A DNA stretch of 64,000 bases from an uncultured Bacteroides sp. (GCA_964458155.1 CAYWGP010000245.1:2521-66520), one strand, 5' to 3'; positions 1 through 10,449 are shown, counted from the stretch's first letter. A program made the numbers and translations. Notes: a model not told the origin generated them from the letters alone.

Positions 1-2385
1 TCGTTTAATCACCGATCTGGGCATTCCTGCCATCTGTGCCACATGAATTCCAAAACTATGCTCGCTGCCTCCCGGAACCAGTTTCCTGAGGAAAATTACC
101 CTGTCGTCAAGTTCCTTGATGCTTACGTTGTAATTTCTGATCCTGTGAAAAGAGGCTTCCATTTCGTTCAATTCATGATAATGGGTGGCAAAAAGGGTTT
201 TTGCTTTACCATCAGCTTGTTCATGAATATATTCTACCATGGCCCAGGCAATGGAGATTCCGTCATAAGTACTGGTTCCCCGTCCAATTTCGTCCAGGAT
301 AACCAGGCTTCGTTCCGACAGGTTATTCAGGATACTGGCAGCCTCCAGCATTTCCACCATAAACGTGGATTCTCCCAGGGAGATATTATCGGAAGCCCCC
401 ACCCGGGTAAAGATTTTATCCACCCATCCAATACTGGCTGACTCGGCCGGCACAAAACTACCTACCTGGGCCATCAGGCTGATTAGGGCAACCTGGCGTA
501 AAAAGGCTGATTTACCTGACATATTTGGTCCGGTCAGAATCATGATCTGCTGATCACTTTCATCCAGCCTGACACTATTGGAAACATAGACCTCGTCGGC
601 CGGTAGTTGCTTCTCAATAACAGGATGACGCCCCTCGGTAATCTCAATGGTGGTGGATTCATTGACATCGGGGCGACAGTAAGTGTTCTCCAGGGCCGTA
701 ACAGCAAATGAAAAGAGGCAATCCAGCCTTGCTACCAGCGACGCATTCAATTGAATCGCTGAGACCCATCCCGCGATGCCTGCAATCAGCTCCTTTAGCA
801 GGTGTCCTTCCAAAGCCAGGCATTTTTCCTCAGCACCCAGGATCTTATCTTCATATTCTTTAAGTTCCCCGGTAATATAACGTTCGGCACTAACCAGGGT
901 CTGCTTCCTGATCCACTCTTCAGGGACCTTGTCCTTATGGGTGTTGCGAACTTCGATATAGTAACCGAAAACATTGTTGTATGCGATCTTCAGGCTGGTG
1001 ATTCCTGTCCGTTCCATCTCTCTCTGCTGCAGGCCAAGCAGGTAATCTTTACCAGAATGCATGATCTCCCTCAATTCATCCAGCTCCTTTGAAACACCCG
1101 GGGCTATCACCCCTCCCTTATTGACCAGGGCAGGAGGCTCCGGCACTAGCTCTGTGGCAATTCGCTCTTTCACTTCCAGGCAGGGATCCATCTGCATTGC
1201 CAGCCGTTGCAGGGAGAGTTCTTTTGACTCTTCACAACGCTCCTTCAACGGAGCAATGGCCTCCAGGGCTTTCATCAGCTGGATCAGCTCCCTTGGATTT
1301 ACCCTGCCAACGGCCACTTTTGAGATGATCCGCTCCAGGTCTCCAACCTGTTTGATCTGTTCGTTCAGGAACTCTCTGAATTCGCCGTCCTGACTAATAT
1401 GCTCCACCATATTGTGTCTTTCTCGAATCAATAGCACATCCTTAAGTGGTAAGGAAAGCCATCTCTTCATCAAACGTGATCCCATGGGGGTAAGGGTCTG
1501 ATCCATGACATCAAGAAGTGTTGGTGCACCCTCGTAGAGTGACTGAAAAATTTCCAGATTTCTGATGGTAAAACGATCAAGCCAAACATAGTGGTCCCGT
1601 TCAATGCGTGATAAGCTGGAAATATGTCCCGTCTGTTTATGCTGGGTCAACTCGAGGTACTGAAGAATGGCTCCGCTGGCAATGATCCCGTGGCTCATAT
1701 CCTGCACACCAAAGCCCTTCAGGTTCTGAGTACCAAATTGCTTTTGAAGTTTATCCCTGGCATTTTCTTCCGTATACACCCATTCCTCGAGCAGGAAGGT
1801 GTAAAAATTCTCTCCGAATACTTCCTGGAACTGCTCGCGATGGCTCCTCTGAACCAGCACTTCTTTGGGTTTGAAGCTGCTTAGCAATTTGTCAATGAAG
1901 CTTTGATCGCCCTGGGATGTTAGAAATTCACCAGTGGAGATATCCAGGAAAGCAATGCCATGGACCTGCCGGTCCATGTAAACACTTGCCAGGAAATTAT
2001 TTTCCCGCATCTCCAGTACATTCTCGTTGTAGGTAACTCCCGGAGTAACCAATTCTGTAATCCCCCTTTTAACTATTTTTTTGGTGAGTTTGGGATCTTC
2101 CAGCTGTTCGCAGATAGCCACACGTTGTCCGGCCCTGACCAGTTTGGGCAGATAATTATCCAGTGCATGGTGGGGAAAGCCAGCCAGCTCCACGGAGGAT
2201 GCAGCCCCATTGGCTCGCTTGGTCAGTGTTATTCCCAGAATTTCAGAGCTTCGAATGGCATCCTCTCCAAAGGTCTCGTAAAAGTCTCCTACCCTGAACA
2301 GCAGCACCGCATCGGGGTGACTGGCCTTGACGGAGTAATACTGCTTCATCAGGGGTGTTTCTACGATATTTTTTGGAATACTCAT
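1..2385 (-). CDS. mutS: DNA mismatch repair protein MutS (3' end of the gene lies beyond the window start)
   Basis: The reverse-strand translation from the ATG at 2385 reads [43 protein letters not shown], the canonical MutS N-terminus. A Walker A motif, TGPNMSGKS, is encoded near 510-545. The plus-strand ORFs at 43-2391 are antisense shadows of this gene. Confidence 0.95.
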   Translation of the reverse strand, partial: MSIPKNIVETPLMKQYYSVKASHPDAVLLFRVGDFYETFGEDAIRSSEILGITLTKRANGAASSVELAGFPHHALDNYLPKLVRAGQRVAICEQLEDPKLTKKIVKRGITELVTPGVTYNENVLEMRENNFLASVYMDRQVHGIAFLDISTGEFLTSQGDQSFIDKLLSSFKPKEVLVQRSHREQFQEVFGENFYTFLLEEWVYTEENARDKLQKQFGTQNLKGFGVQDMSHGIIASGAILQYLELTQHKQTGHISSLSRIERDHYVWLDRFTIRNLEIFQSLYEGAPTLLDVMDQTLTPMGSRLMKRWLSLPLKDVLLIRERHNMVEHISQDGEFREFLNEQIKQVGDLERIISKVAVGRVNPRELIQLMKALEAIAPLKERCEESKELSLQRLAMQMDPCLEVKERIATELVPEPPALVNKGGVIAPGVSKELDELREIMHSGKDYLLGLQQREMERTGITSLKIAYNNVFGYYIEVRNTHKDKVPEEWIRKQTLVSAERYITGELKEYEDKILGAEEKCLALEGHLLKELIAGIAGWVSAIQLNASLVARLDCLFSFAVTALENTYCRPDVNESTTIEITEGRHPVIEKQLPADEVYVSNSVRLDESDQQIMILTGPNMSGKSAFLRQVALISLMAQVGSFVPAESASIGWVDKIFTRVGASDNISLGESTFMVEMLEAASILNNLSERSLVILDEIGRGTSTYDGISIAWAMVEYIHEQADGKAKTLFATHYHELNEMEASFHRIRNYNVSIKELDDRVIFLRKLVPGGSEHSFGIHVAQMAGMPRSVIKR

Positions 2386-2403
2386 TCTTAAGCCAATGAC
2401 CTT

Positions 2404-2411
2404 CAAAAATA
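2404..2411 (-). promoter_or_regulatory. Candidate Bacteroidetes -7 promoter box (TAnnTTTG on the minus strand) for mutS
   Basis: The plus strand reads CAAAAATA, which is TATTTTTG on the minus strand, 19 nt upstream of the mutS ATG. Confidence 0.35.
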
Positions 2412-2490
2412 GAGCTTATATAAGGATTATCGAAGTGTTGTTGAAAAGTAAGTGCTTTTATTTCTCGGGTATTTTCGCGTAATTGAAAAA

Positions 2491-3696
2491 ATGCGGTTCC
2501 GGAAACACATGCTTACCTATCTTATTTTTGCGGGTTTTTTCCTGGGCATCCTCTTTGGCTGGCTGGTGGGAGAATCCATACTGGTGATCGCCGAACCCAT
2601 GAAAGAGCTGTTCCTGCGATTGTTGAAAATGGCCATTCTCCCCCTGGTGATCACTTCCATTATCAGCGCTGTAATCCAGGTCGGCAGCAGTAAGGGCCTG
2701 GGAAAGATAAGCCTGAGGACTTTTATCTATTACATTACTACAAGTGTTCTGGCCATTCTGACAGGACAGGTTCTGGTGAATATTTTTCGCCCCGGTGTGG
2801 GTGCTGAAATCGGACTCAGTGAACAACCGGAAAGCATTGGTGTGGTGGACCAGAGTTTCGGAGAGCTGCTTCTAAACCTGATTCCGGAGAATCCCTTTGC
2901 AGCCATGGCCAATGGAGATGTGCTCCCGGTGATCTTTTTTTCCCTGCTGTTTGGATTTTTTGTGACCCGGCTTAAATCAGATCAGACCCTTCTAATGGGC
3001 AACTTTTTCAGGGCAGCATTTGAAGCCATGATGAAGCTGACCTCCTTTGTTATCTGGACGGCTCCCATCGGGGTATTTGGCATCATTGCCGGCATTGTGG
3101 CCCAAACGGGCTTTGAGGCTTTTGCCTCTCTGGGAAAATTCTTTCTTGTTGTGATGGCGGGCCTGTCCATACACTTCTTTATCACTCTTCCCCTGCTGCT
3201 GAAATACATGGGCAGGTGCAGTCCGCTTAAACATTACCGGGGCATGCTCTCAGCATTGATGACTGCCTTTTCGACCTGCTCCACCATTGTTACCCTGCCC
3301 CTGACCATGAAGGCGGTCACTGAAGTGTCCGGTGCCTCAGAAAAGGCGGCTGGATTTGTGCTGCCAATAGGAGCCACCATTAACATGGACGGGACAGCAC
3401 TCTACGAATGCGTTGCAACCATTTTTATTGCCCAGGTATATGGCTTTGACCTGGGCCTGGCCCAGCAGGGCATCATTGTAATTACTGCCGTTCTGGCTTC
3501 CATCGGAGCCGCCAGTATCCCCATGAGCGGGCTGGTCATGCTGAGCATTATTCTGAATGCTGTGGGTCTTCCACTGGAAGGGGTGGCAATGATTCTGGCT
3601 GTGGACCGTATCCTGGATATGTTTCGCACGACCGTAAATGTATTCTCCGATAGTGTGGGTGCAGTGATCATCAGCCGGCTGGAGGGAGATGAATAA
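2491..3696 (+). CDS. Dicarboxylate/amino acid:cation symporter (DAACS, GltP-like)
   Basis: Polytopic membrane protein with family-typical segments (PLVITSIISAV, TCSTIVTLPLT, ATINMDGTALYE, DRILDMFRTTVNVFSD). I chose the start at the ATG at 2491 (MRFRKH...) rather than the non-ATG codon at 2452. Confidence 0.85.
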   Translation: MRFRKHMLTYLIFAGFFLGILFGWLVGESILVIAEPMKELFLRLLKMAILPLVITSIISAVIQVGSSKGLGKISLRTFIYYITTSVLAILTGQVLVNIFRPGVGAEIGLSEQPESIGVVDQSFGELLLNLIPENPFAAMANGDVLPVIFFSLLFGFFVTRLKSDQTLLMGNFFRAAFEAMMKLTSFVIWTAPIGVFGIIAGIVAQTGFEAFASLGKFFLVVMAGLSIHFFITLPLLLKYMGRCSPLKHYRGMLSALMTAFSTCSTIVTLPLTMKAVTEVSGASEKAAGFVLPIGATINMDGTALYECVATIFIAQVYGFDLGLAQQGIIVITAVLASIGAASIPMSGLVMLSIILNAVGLPLEGVAMILAVDRILDMFRTTVNVFSDSVGAVIISRLEGDE

Positions 3697-3698
3697 AA

Positions 3699-3740
3699 AA
3701 ACCGTCCCGCTAAAAAGCAGGACGGTTTGATGCTTTTTTC
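3699..3740. terminator. Bidirectional intrinsic terminator between two convergent genes
   Basis: A 9-bp stem (AAACCGTCC at 3699-3707 pairs with GGACGGTTT at 3720-3728) carries a 12-nt loop. It is flanked by an A-run upstream and a T-run (TGCTTTTTT) downstream. Confidence 0.6.
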
Positions 3741-3749
3741 AGTATAAAA

Positions 3750-5225
3750 CTAGAACATGAAGTCCAGGCCAATACCAAAAATCTTGGTGTTCTTGGCATA
3801 ACCATCGGTATAAGGAACCGAAATGGTGGGTGCCATGTCATAAGATAGAGGCTGGCTGTAATCGTCGTAAGTAGTGATACTGTAACCTGCATTGATCTGA
3901 ATCTTTTCGGTCACATTTACAAATACACCAAATCCCCAGGAAGCGCTCTTCAGCGCATAGGTAATTCCTGACTGATAATTGTCATTCACACCATTGTTCC
4001 CGGAAGTGTACCCGGCACTTACACCCAGGATGTCAATTAACTTATACTCAGCACTGACAGCCCAGGTAATACCATTTTTATCAATGGTTGTTTCATTGTC
4101 AATCTGATTTCCCTCGGAATCCGTAACTCCGTAATAAGCTGATTTGTCCAGGTAATAGTTAAAACTACCTGTGAGAACAAGCTTTTTCAATGGGGTAAGC
4201 TCTGCGCCAAGGGCAAGCATTCCGGGCATGTCGGCTCTTACCTTTTCTCCGTCGGGAAACATTCCCACATCATCTACCTCGGTATCATTGGTCAGTTCAA
4301 TCTTGGTATGGAACTCATACTTGATAGCAAGATTAAGCATTTCGGAGAGGCGAAAATTCACTCCAATAATCGGGGCAAATCCAGTTCCCGATTGTGTAGC
4401 TTTTAATTGTGCATCGGCAGTTGCCACATCCAGGGCGCCGGCAGTAGCCTGCAGCATTCCCACAGTACCTGCATCCAGGAATGGATTTGTTGATACAGTC
4501 CTCAGATAATCACCGGGAGCCTGGGTCCCTCCATAAGCCTGGGGTGCATCGATGGTAACATCGGTTAGCGCTCCCTCATAAGAGTTGCTGGCGTTCACCA
4601 ACCTGCCGCCAACGGCTACTGAAATCATATCGTTGATGGCATAGGTAGCATTAACCTGGTAACCCATATAGGCAGAAGTTCCGGAGAAGAAAGCATTCAT
4701 ATTGTATCCTGAAATAGCGCGGTATCCGGGATCCGGTAATCCTGCTCCGGCAAGTCCGGCATCAATGGGAGCCAGGGCACCCTGCAACTGGGGAACCAGG
4801 GAAGCAATGGGTATTTCAAAATCGGGAAGTCCGTTTTCAAAATCGGCGCTTCCGCCTCCTCCAACAATATTAAAGCCTGCGGAAAAAGTCCATTTATTCA
4901 GTTTATAAGCAGCATAAATGCTGGGATAAATTGGGGCAGATAAATCAGCATCATAATTTACAGGGGCTCCTGTCAGAAAGAGATAGTCACTGCTTACGGT
5001 TCTGGTTTGAAAAATGGATTGATTAGTTAAGGAAAGGCTCAGTCCATTACCCAGATGTGATAGTCCAGCCGGATTAAAGTATACTGCATCAATCCCAAGG
5101 GTTGCGTTCCGGGACATGGTCCGAACCCAGGCCGCACTTTGATTTGTGTTGGTTTTCAGGGCTCCTGCCATAAGGATGGGGGAAGAAACCAGCAGAATGA
5201 CCAACAGTAAATTCAGTCTTTTCAT
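3750..5225 (-). CDS. Outer-membrane beta-barrel transport protein, FadL/OmpP1/TodX-like
   Basis: Signal peptide MKRLNLLLVILLVSSPILMAGA, an N-terminal NPAGL motif, alternating beta-strand pattern throughout, and a C-terminal aromatic residue (…DFMF). I chose the start at the ATG at 5225. Confidence 0.6.
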   Translation of the reverse strand: MKRLNLLLVILLVSSPILMAGALKTNTNQSAAWVRTMSRNATLGIDAVYFNPAGLSHLGNGLSLSLTNQSIFQTRTVSSDYLFLTGAPVNYDADLSAPIYPSIYAAYKLNKWTFSAGFNIVGGGGSADFENGLPDFEIPIASLVPQLQGALAPIDAGLAGAGLPDPGYRAISGYNMNAFFSGTSAYMGYQVNATYAINDMISVAVGGRLVNASNSYEGALTDVTIDAPQAYGGTQAPGDYLRTVSTNPFLDAGTVGMLQATAGALDVATADAQLKATQSGTGFAPIIGVNFRLSEMLNLAIKYEFHTKIELTNDTEVDDVGMFPDGEKVRADMPGMLALGAELTPLKKLVLTGSFNYYLDKSAYYGVTDSEGNQIDNETTIDKNGITWAVSAEYKLIDILGVSAGYTSGNNGVNDNYQSGITYALKSASWGFGVFVNVTEKIQINAGYSITTYDDYSQPLSYDMAPTISVPYTDGYAKNTKIFGIGLDFMF

Positions 5226-5311
5226 GAGTGAGTTTTTACATTTAGCGAACACAAGAAAGTAAATATTTTTCAAATTCAACATTTTTAGCTTGATTTGGTT
5301 ATCTGTATACT

Positions 5312-5704
5312 ATGAAGAAAAGAGTAACTGGATTGGGTGGCGTATTCTTTAAATCGGCCAACCCGCAGGTATTAAAAGAGTGGTATGGGAAACATCTCCA
5401 TATCGAAAGCGGGGAGCATGGTGCTCTCTTTAAGTGGAGACTGGATGAAGATCCGGAAAAAGCCGGATATACAGCCTGGAGCGTCTTTCCGGACGATACG
5501 ACCTACTTCAATCCAGCAACCAGGGACTTTATGTTTAACTACCGGGTTGAAAATCTGGAAGAACTGCTTAAGGTTCTGAAAGATGAAGGTGTGGAGGTAG
5601 TGGGTGAGATGGAAGAATACCCCTATGGGAAATTTGGCTGGATTATGGATCCCGATGGCAATAAGATTGAGCTATGGGAGCCCGTAGATGAATATACACT
5701 GTAG
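5312..5704 (+). CDS. VOC/glyoxalase family protein
   Basis: 130 aa, with GGVFFKS at the N-terminus and …GKFGWIMDPDGNKIELWEP at the C-terminus, both typical of the glyoxalase/bleomycin-resistance fold. Confidence 0.8.
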   Translation: MKKRVTGLGGVFFKSANPQVLKEWYGKHLHIESGEHGALFKWRLDEDPEKAGYTAWSVFPDDTTYFNPATRDFMFNYRVENLEELLKVLKDEGVEVVGEMEEYPYGKFGWIMDPDGNKIELWEPVDEYTL

Positions 5705-5721
5705 GAGTTGGGGCCAGCCGC

Positions 5722-6342
5722 ATGAAAGATCTTTGGGATAGTAGATACGGGACAGAAGAGTATGCTTATGGCAGAGAGCCCAATGCCTTTTTCTCAGCTC
5801 AACTTCAAAAATTAGCACCCGCACTCCTGCTTCTTCCTGGTGAAGGAGAGGGCAGAAACGCTGTCTATGCAGCATTAAATGGCTGGTCAGTTGATGCCTT
5901 TGATCAAAGCAGGTCCGGACAGAAAAAGGCCCACGCCCTTGCAGCTGAAAGAGGAGTGGAGATAAACTACAGGGTATGTGCCCTGGAGGATTTTCACTTT
6001 CTGGAAAATCATTACGATGCGATCGGGCTTATTTATTTTCATGCAGATATACACAGCCGGGAAAAGCTCCACAGGATAGCCTGTGAAGCCCTGAAACCCG
6101 GTGGATCAATCTTTCTTGAAGCATTTCACAAAGAGCAGCTGAACAATAACACGGGAGGTCCCAAATCTTTGGATTTGCTATTTGACGAGGAAATCCTGGC
6201 AAATGATTTTGAAAAGCTTGAGATCCAGATGCTTGAAAAGCAACAAATTACACTCAACGAAGGTCCGTTTCACCAGGGAGAGGCCTCCGTAATCCGGTTC
6301 CACGGAATCAAATCAGATTGGAATGATAAGCCACAACGATAA
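5722..6342 (+). CDS. Class I SAM-dependent methyltransferase (TehB/TPMT-like)
   Basis: Motif I reads LLLPGEGEGRNAVYAA; an acidic loop (VDAFDQS) and LKPGG follow. Confidence 0.75.
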   Translation: MKDLWDSRYGTEEYAYGREPNAFFSAQLQKLAPALLLLPGEGEGRNAVYAALNGWSVDAFDQSRSGQKKAHALAAERGVEINYRVCALEDFHFLENHYDAIGLIYFHADIHSREKLHRIACEALKPGGSIFLEAFHKEQLNNNTGGPKSLDLLFDEEILANDFEKLEIQMLEKQQITLNEGPFHQGEASVIRFHGIKSDWNDKPQR

Positions 6343-6988
6343 ACAAACAATACCGGTTACCATTAGTTTCAGTGAAGAACTTTCCTCGGGTATTTACCTG
6401 ATTGGGTTCCGTCGTACTTTTGATTTTACAGCCGGCCAGGTCATTGGGATCGCCATCAGGGAAAATGATGCCCGCAGGTTGTATAGTATCTGCAGCGGAG
6501 AGCGGGAAGACGAAATTTTGATCTTATATAAAGTAATTGATGAGGGATACCTGACACCTCAACTCTCAGATCTGCAAACCGGGGATACCATCTGGATCAC
6601 CCCTGCGGGTGGAGAATTTACAGATAACCGGGAACCGGCAGTCTGGATAGCTTCCGGCACAGGCATTGCCCCCTATTATTCCATGCTCCGTTCAGGGCTG
6701 GGAGAAAATAAGATTCTGCTTCATGGAAACCGCTACCTGGAACAGTTTCATTTTTTTGATGAATTTCAGGAGATCCTGGGTCAGAATTATATCAGGTGCT
6801 GCAGTGCTGAGAGCGGCGATGGAGTATTCAAGGGGCGGGTTACCACTTACCTGGAAGAGCAGCACGATCTTAATCCCAAGTTAAAGTACTACCTTTGTGG
6901 AAGCGCCGAAATGGTGGTTGAAACCAGGGACATTCTGATCAGTAAAGGAATACCCTTTGGCCAAATTATTTCTGAAATATATTTCTGA
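6323..6988 (+). CDS. Ferredoxin-NADP reductase-like FAD/NAD(P)-binding oxidoreductase
   Basis: RLYSICS (the RxYS FAD-binding motif), GTGIAPYYSML (NAD(P)-binding motif) and a C-terminal YLCGSAEMV. It overlaps the upstream methyltransferase gene by 20 nt. Confidence 0.7.
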   Translation: MISHNDKQTIPVTISFSEELSSGIYLIGFRRTFDFTAGQVIGIAIRENDARRLYSICSGEREDEILILYKVIDEGYLTPQLSDLQTGDTIWITPAGGEFTDNREPAVWIASGTGIAPYYSMLRSGLGENKILLHGNRYLEQFHFFDEFQEILGQNYIRCCSAESGDGVFKGRVTTYLEEQHDLNPKLKYYLCGSAEMVVETRDILISKGIPFGQIISEIYF

Positions 6989-6991
6989 TCC

Positions 6992-8014
6992 ATGCGCGAA
7001 CATCTGTTTGGTCTTACGCTGGAAGAACTTAAGGCAGTATGCCAGAATCTTGGGCTGCCTTCCTTTACCGGTGGTCAGCTTGCCGAATGGCTCTATAAAA
7101 AAGAGGTCTGCTCCTTCGAGGAAATGACCAATCTTTCCCTTAAGGCCAGGGCCCTGCTCTCAGAAAAATATGATGCGGGCATCAGTCCTCCAGTAGATGT
7201 CCAGGAATCGGTGGACGGAACCAAAAAATACCTTTTCCCGGCTCTCCAGGGTAAATTTATTGAGACTGCTTATATTCCGGACGGAAAACGAAGTACTGTC
7301 TGTGTCTCTTCACAGGTTGGATGCAAAATGGGTTGCCTGTTCTGCATGACCGGTAAACAGGGTTTCCAGGGGAACCTGAGCTCTGGAGAGATCCTGAACC
7401 AGTACAGAAGCATTCCCGAATGGCGAAGCATCACCAACCTGGTCTATATGGGCATGGGTGAACCACTTGATAACCTGGAAGAAGTTTTGCGCAGCCTGGA
7501 GGTACTAACATCGGACTGGGGTTTTGCATTGAGTCCCCGAAGAATTACTGTTTCAACCATCGGCATTACTCCGTCCATGCTGGAATTTCTTAACAGGAGC
7601 AATGCACATCTTGCAGTTAGCCTGCACACCCCATTTGATGACGAGCGTCGAAAGTTAATGCCGGTCCAGCAGGTCTACCCCCTGAAAGAGGTACTAAAAG
7701 AGATAAGATCGTGGGATTTCGGCAGGCAGCGCAGGGTTTCATTTGAGTATATACTGTTCAAAGACTTTAATGATTCGCCAAAGCATGTAAACGAACTCTC
7801 CAGGATATTGCACGGAATCCGCTGCCGTGTCAACCTGATCCGTTTCCACCCCATTCCGGACACTCCCCTTGAATCGCCTGATGAAGAAACCATCAATTCC
7901 TTTAAGGAAAAACTGAATGCCAAGGGAATATTGTCCACCATCCGGGCCAGCAGGGGACAGGACATCTGGGCTGCATGCGGACTGCTCTCCACAAAAAAAC
8001 TGGCTGATAAATAG
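6992..8014 (+). CDS. rlmN: 23S rRNA/tRNA (adenine-C2)-methyltransferase RlmN (radical SAM)
   Basis: CVSSQVGCKMGCLFCMTG contains the CxxxCxxC radical-SAM motif. GMGEPL and the C-terminal …ACGLL Cys are RlmN hallmarks. Confidence 0.92.
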   Translation: MREHLFGLTLEELKAVCQNLGLPSFTGGQLAEWLYKKEVCSFEEMTNLSLKARALLSEKYDAGISPPVDVQESVDGTKKYLFPALQGKFIETAYIPDGKRSTVCVSSQVGCKMGCLFCMTGKQGFQGNLSSGEILNQYRSIPEWRSITNLVYMGMGEPLDNLEEVLRSLEVLTSDWGFALSPRRITVSTIGITPSMLEFLNRSNAHLAVSLHTPFDDERRKLMPVQQVYPLKEVLKEIRSWDFGRQRRVSFEYILFKDFNDSPKHVNELSRILHGIRCRVNLIRFHPIPDTPLESPDEETINSFKEKLNAKGILSTIRASRGQDIWAACGLLSTKKLADK

Positions 8015-8042
8015 AAGATTATGCCATTAATCCTTAAAAAGG

Positions 8043-8726
8043 ATGCAATGGTTTCTTGATCTTCTGATGCTTTTCTTCCCTTCCAATTGTCTGCTGTGTG
8101 GAAAAAGGCTTCACGTTCCCGGCGCCATATTATGCTTTGAATGTGAGATAAATATGCCAAAGACCGGGTATGGAGATCGCTATAATAATCCGGTTAGTGA
8201 AATTTTCTGGGGAAGAGTCCCGGTCAGGGCCGGAACATCCCTGTTCCGTTTCGAAAAAGGCTCTGCCTACCAGACCCTTCTTCACGATCTGAAATACCGG
8301 GGTAACCGCAAGGCTGGATTATACCTGGGCCGTCTGCTGGGACAGGAGTTAAAGCATACTGTTTTTTCAGATTGTGATCTGATAATACCAGTACCCCTTC
8401 ATCGTCGCAGGCTGAGACAGCGTGGATATAACCAGAGTGATATTATCGCCCGGGGAGCTTCAGAAATTACCGGAATTCCTGTGATTAGCCATCTGCTGGG
8501 GCGAAAAAAGCGTTCGCGGTCACAAACTTCAATGAGCAGACAGGATCGGTTTGAAAATATGTCAACAGCATTCACCCTCGACAATTTTACTCATGATCTC
8601 CATGATAAGAAAATACTGATCATAGACGATGTTATAACCACGGGGGCCACCCTGGAGGCATGTAGCCAGGTGCTCCTTAATCAAAGCTCCTGCCTCATCT
8701 ATATTGCTACTGTATCCTGTGCCTGA
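8043..8726 (+). CDS. ComF family protein (phosphoribosyltransferase domain)
   Basis: N-terminal zinc-finger-like CLLCG…CFEC, and a C-terminal PRTase motif ILIIDDVITTGATL. Confidence 0.8.
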   Translation: MQWFLDLLMLFFPSNCLLCGKRLHVPGAILCFECEINMPKTGYGDRYNNPVSEIFWGRVPVRAGTSLFRFEKGSAYQTLLHDLKYRGNRKAGLYLGRLLGQELKHTVFSDCDLIIPVPLHRRRLRQRGYNQSDIIARGASEITGIPVISHLLGRKKRSRSQTSMSRQDRFENMSTAFTLDNFTHDLHDKKILIIDDVITTGATLEACSQVLLNQSSCLIYIATVSCA

Positions 8727-9356
8727 TTAGCGGTGGTTGAATTTGTAAATAATGGAAAGACTGAAAACACTATGGAAATAACCCCGGTTCTGGGCATTAT
8801 TCCATTCTTCAGGATCACGAAAGGGAATGGCCGAATTGGTATACCTGAGTCCTGCCATAATATTGTTATTGAACCAGAATCCAATGCCCCCAAATACACT
8901 TAAGCCAAATCTTCTATTTTCCGGGTAAGTGGATGGATCCATGAGTCCATATTCATCCCAGTAACGTGTTCCCAGCAAGATTTCTGGTGAAGTTCCAAGC
9001 TCCACCATGACTCTTCCATCATACAGGTAATGCACCGAAAACGGTAATTCCAGAATGTAATACCCGCTTTTATAGAGGGCATTACTATTATCGGACGGGC
9101 CCTGATAAACACCCCGGGAGCTATATCTCAGTTCTGCCTGCCAGTAGATATCATACTCTATGAGCTGATTCACAAAAAATCCGGCATTTAGCCCCAGCTT
9201 ATTAAAACCGTAATAGGAATCCCCGGCCACCTGAGATGCATTTACGCCAGCATATACGCCAACATTTAAGGGCTGTGCATCCAGGGAAACAGACCCAAGT
9301 AACCATGTCAGAATTGCTATTACAAAATCTCTAAATCTGATTTGTCTTCTGTTCAT
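8727..9356 (-). CDS. Small outer-membrane beta-barrel (porin-family/OMP_b-brl) protein
   Basis: Signal-like N-terminus after the ATG at 9356 (MNRRQIRFRDFVIAILTWLLGSVSLDAQ), alternating aromatic beta-strands, and a C-terminal …IIYKFNHR. The longer ORF running to 9485 overlaps the sirtuin gene and is probably artefactual. Confidence 0.6.
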   Translation of the reverse strand: MNRRQIRFRDFVIAILTWLLGSVSLDAQPLNVGVYAGVNASQVAGDSYYGFNKLGLNAGFFVNQLIEYDIYWQAELRYSSRGVYQGPSDNSNALYKSGYYILELPFSVHYLYDGRVMVELGTSPEILLGTRYWDEYGLMDPSTYPENRRFGLSVFGGIGFWFNNNIMAGLRYTNSAIPFRDPEEWNNAQNRGYFHSVFSLSIIYKFNHR

Positions 9357-10035
9357 TTCTGAGTTCCTTCTTGAGTAAGCTGACACCCTTCCCTGCCCCT
9401 TGCTGGATAATCCGGATCCGCGGATGCCCTGCAATAGGTACTTCGTTGGGATCAATGACAAATATGGGGGTCGTATCGGGGACATAATTTATAAGGCCGG
9501 CTGCCGGGTAAACATTCATTGAAGTTCCGATAATTACAAAAATATCGGCAGAGGCAACAATCCTGGCAGCCTCTTCAATGGCTGGAACCGCCTCTCCAAA
9601 CCAGACAATGTGGGGACGCAGCTGGGAGCCCTTTTCACACAGGTCTCCTTCCCCAAGCTTCCATCCGTCAATTTCATAAATCAGGCCCGGGTCTGCTGTG
9701 CTGCGAGATTTTTTAAGTTCCCCATGAAGGTGCAGTATACGGCTGGATCCGGCCCTTTCGTGAAGGTCATCCACATTCTGTGTGACAATCCACACCTCAA
9801 AATCATTCTCCAGTTCTGCCAGACCAAAATGTCCCAGGTTGGGCTCCACCTCAAGCAACTGCTTTCTTCTTTCGTTGTAGAAACGTAAAACCAGTGCCCT
9901 GTCTTTTTGCCAGGCAGCCGGACTGGCCACCTCATAGACATCATATTCTTCCCACAGTCCCCCCATCTCACGAAAGGTTCTCAGTCCGCTTTCGGCACTC
10001 ATACCTGCGCCGCTTAACACCACAAGTTTTTTCAT
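9331..10035 (-). CDS. cobB: NAD-dependent protein deacylase, Sir2 family
   Basis: GAGMSAESGLRTFR, TQNVDDLHERAG, catalytic HLHG, and VIIGTSMNVYPAA. It is 234 aa and has no four-Cys zinc ribbon. Confidence 0.9.
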   Translation of the reverse strand: MKKLVVLSGAGMSAESGLRTFREMGGLWEEYDVYEVASPAAWQKDRALVLRFYNERRKQLLEVEPNLGHFGLAELENDFEVWIVTQNVDDLHERAGSSRILHLHGELKKSRSTADPGLIYEIDGWKLGEGDLCEKGSQLRPHIVWFGEAVPAIEEAARIVASADIFVIIGTSMNVYPAAGLINYVPDTTPIFVIDPNEVPIAGHPRIRIIQQGAGKGVSLLKKELRNEQKTNQI

Positions 10036-10047
10036 AATTCCTTTGTT

Positions 10048-10449
10048 TTAATCCTGCTCTAAAGCCTCCAGCCTGGTATATTCTTCCACTTCCCAATGCT
10101 CGTTAACATACAGCCCCACATAGGTAATTCCGGTACCGAAAGAGCGCTGAAGGTAATCCAGTGATTCGTCCAGCTGATTCTCTTGAAAAGCCCGCTCGCC
10201 AGGATTATCATTACAGTCATGGTGGCCAACCAGGACAATACATTTCGAAGCATGATCCTCCAGAGAGGTTCTAATCTGCTCTTTTAAGGTAATGAGTCTG
10301 CACTTGTCACTATTCTTGGTCAGAGTTCTTAATGGTCCGGCTTCGTTGGCCGAATCAAAAAAGTCAAAATCATACTTTTCTTTCAAATAATCCATCACCG
10401 GATATTGCACCCGTCCATCCGTGCAATTAATCAATGTACCAAACTTCAT
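10048..10449 (-). CDS. Hypothetical 133-aa protein with beta-carbonic-anhydrase-like zinc motifs
   Basis: C9-T-D11-G-R13 and G75-H76-H77-D78-C79 match the two beta-CA signature cores (CxDxR and GHxxC) with CA-like spacing. The protein is far shorter than known beta-CAs. Confidence 0.55.
   Translation of the reverse strand: MKFGTLINCTDGRVQYPVMDYLKEKYDFDFFDSANEAGPLRTLTKNSDKCRLITLKEQIRTSLEDHASKCIVLVGHHDCNDNPGERAFQENQLDESLDYLQRSFGTGITYVGLYVNEHWEVEEYTRLEALEQD

Noticed and set aside
43-2391. A series of plus-strand ORFs (43-441, 365-553, 802-1092, 1061-1393, 1624-1884, 1960-2391) in the ORF track
   Set aside because: They lie antisense to a continuous minus-strand reading frame that translates into an unmistakable MutS (N-terminus at 2385; Walker A near 510-545). 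Their own translations have no protein-like features, so they are shadow ORFs.
9331-10035. The Sir2-domain protein as a possible anti-phage defence effector (Thoeris ThsA, DSR, or SIR2-HerA type)
   Set aside because: It is a 234-aa single-domain sirtuin with intact deacylase motifs and catalytic His, the size and sequence of housekeeping CobB-type enzymes of Bacteroidota. There is no SLOG, TIR, HerA or other partner domain or gene nearby.
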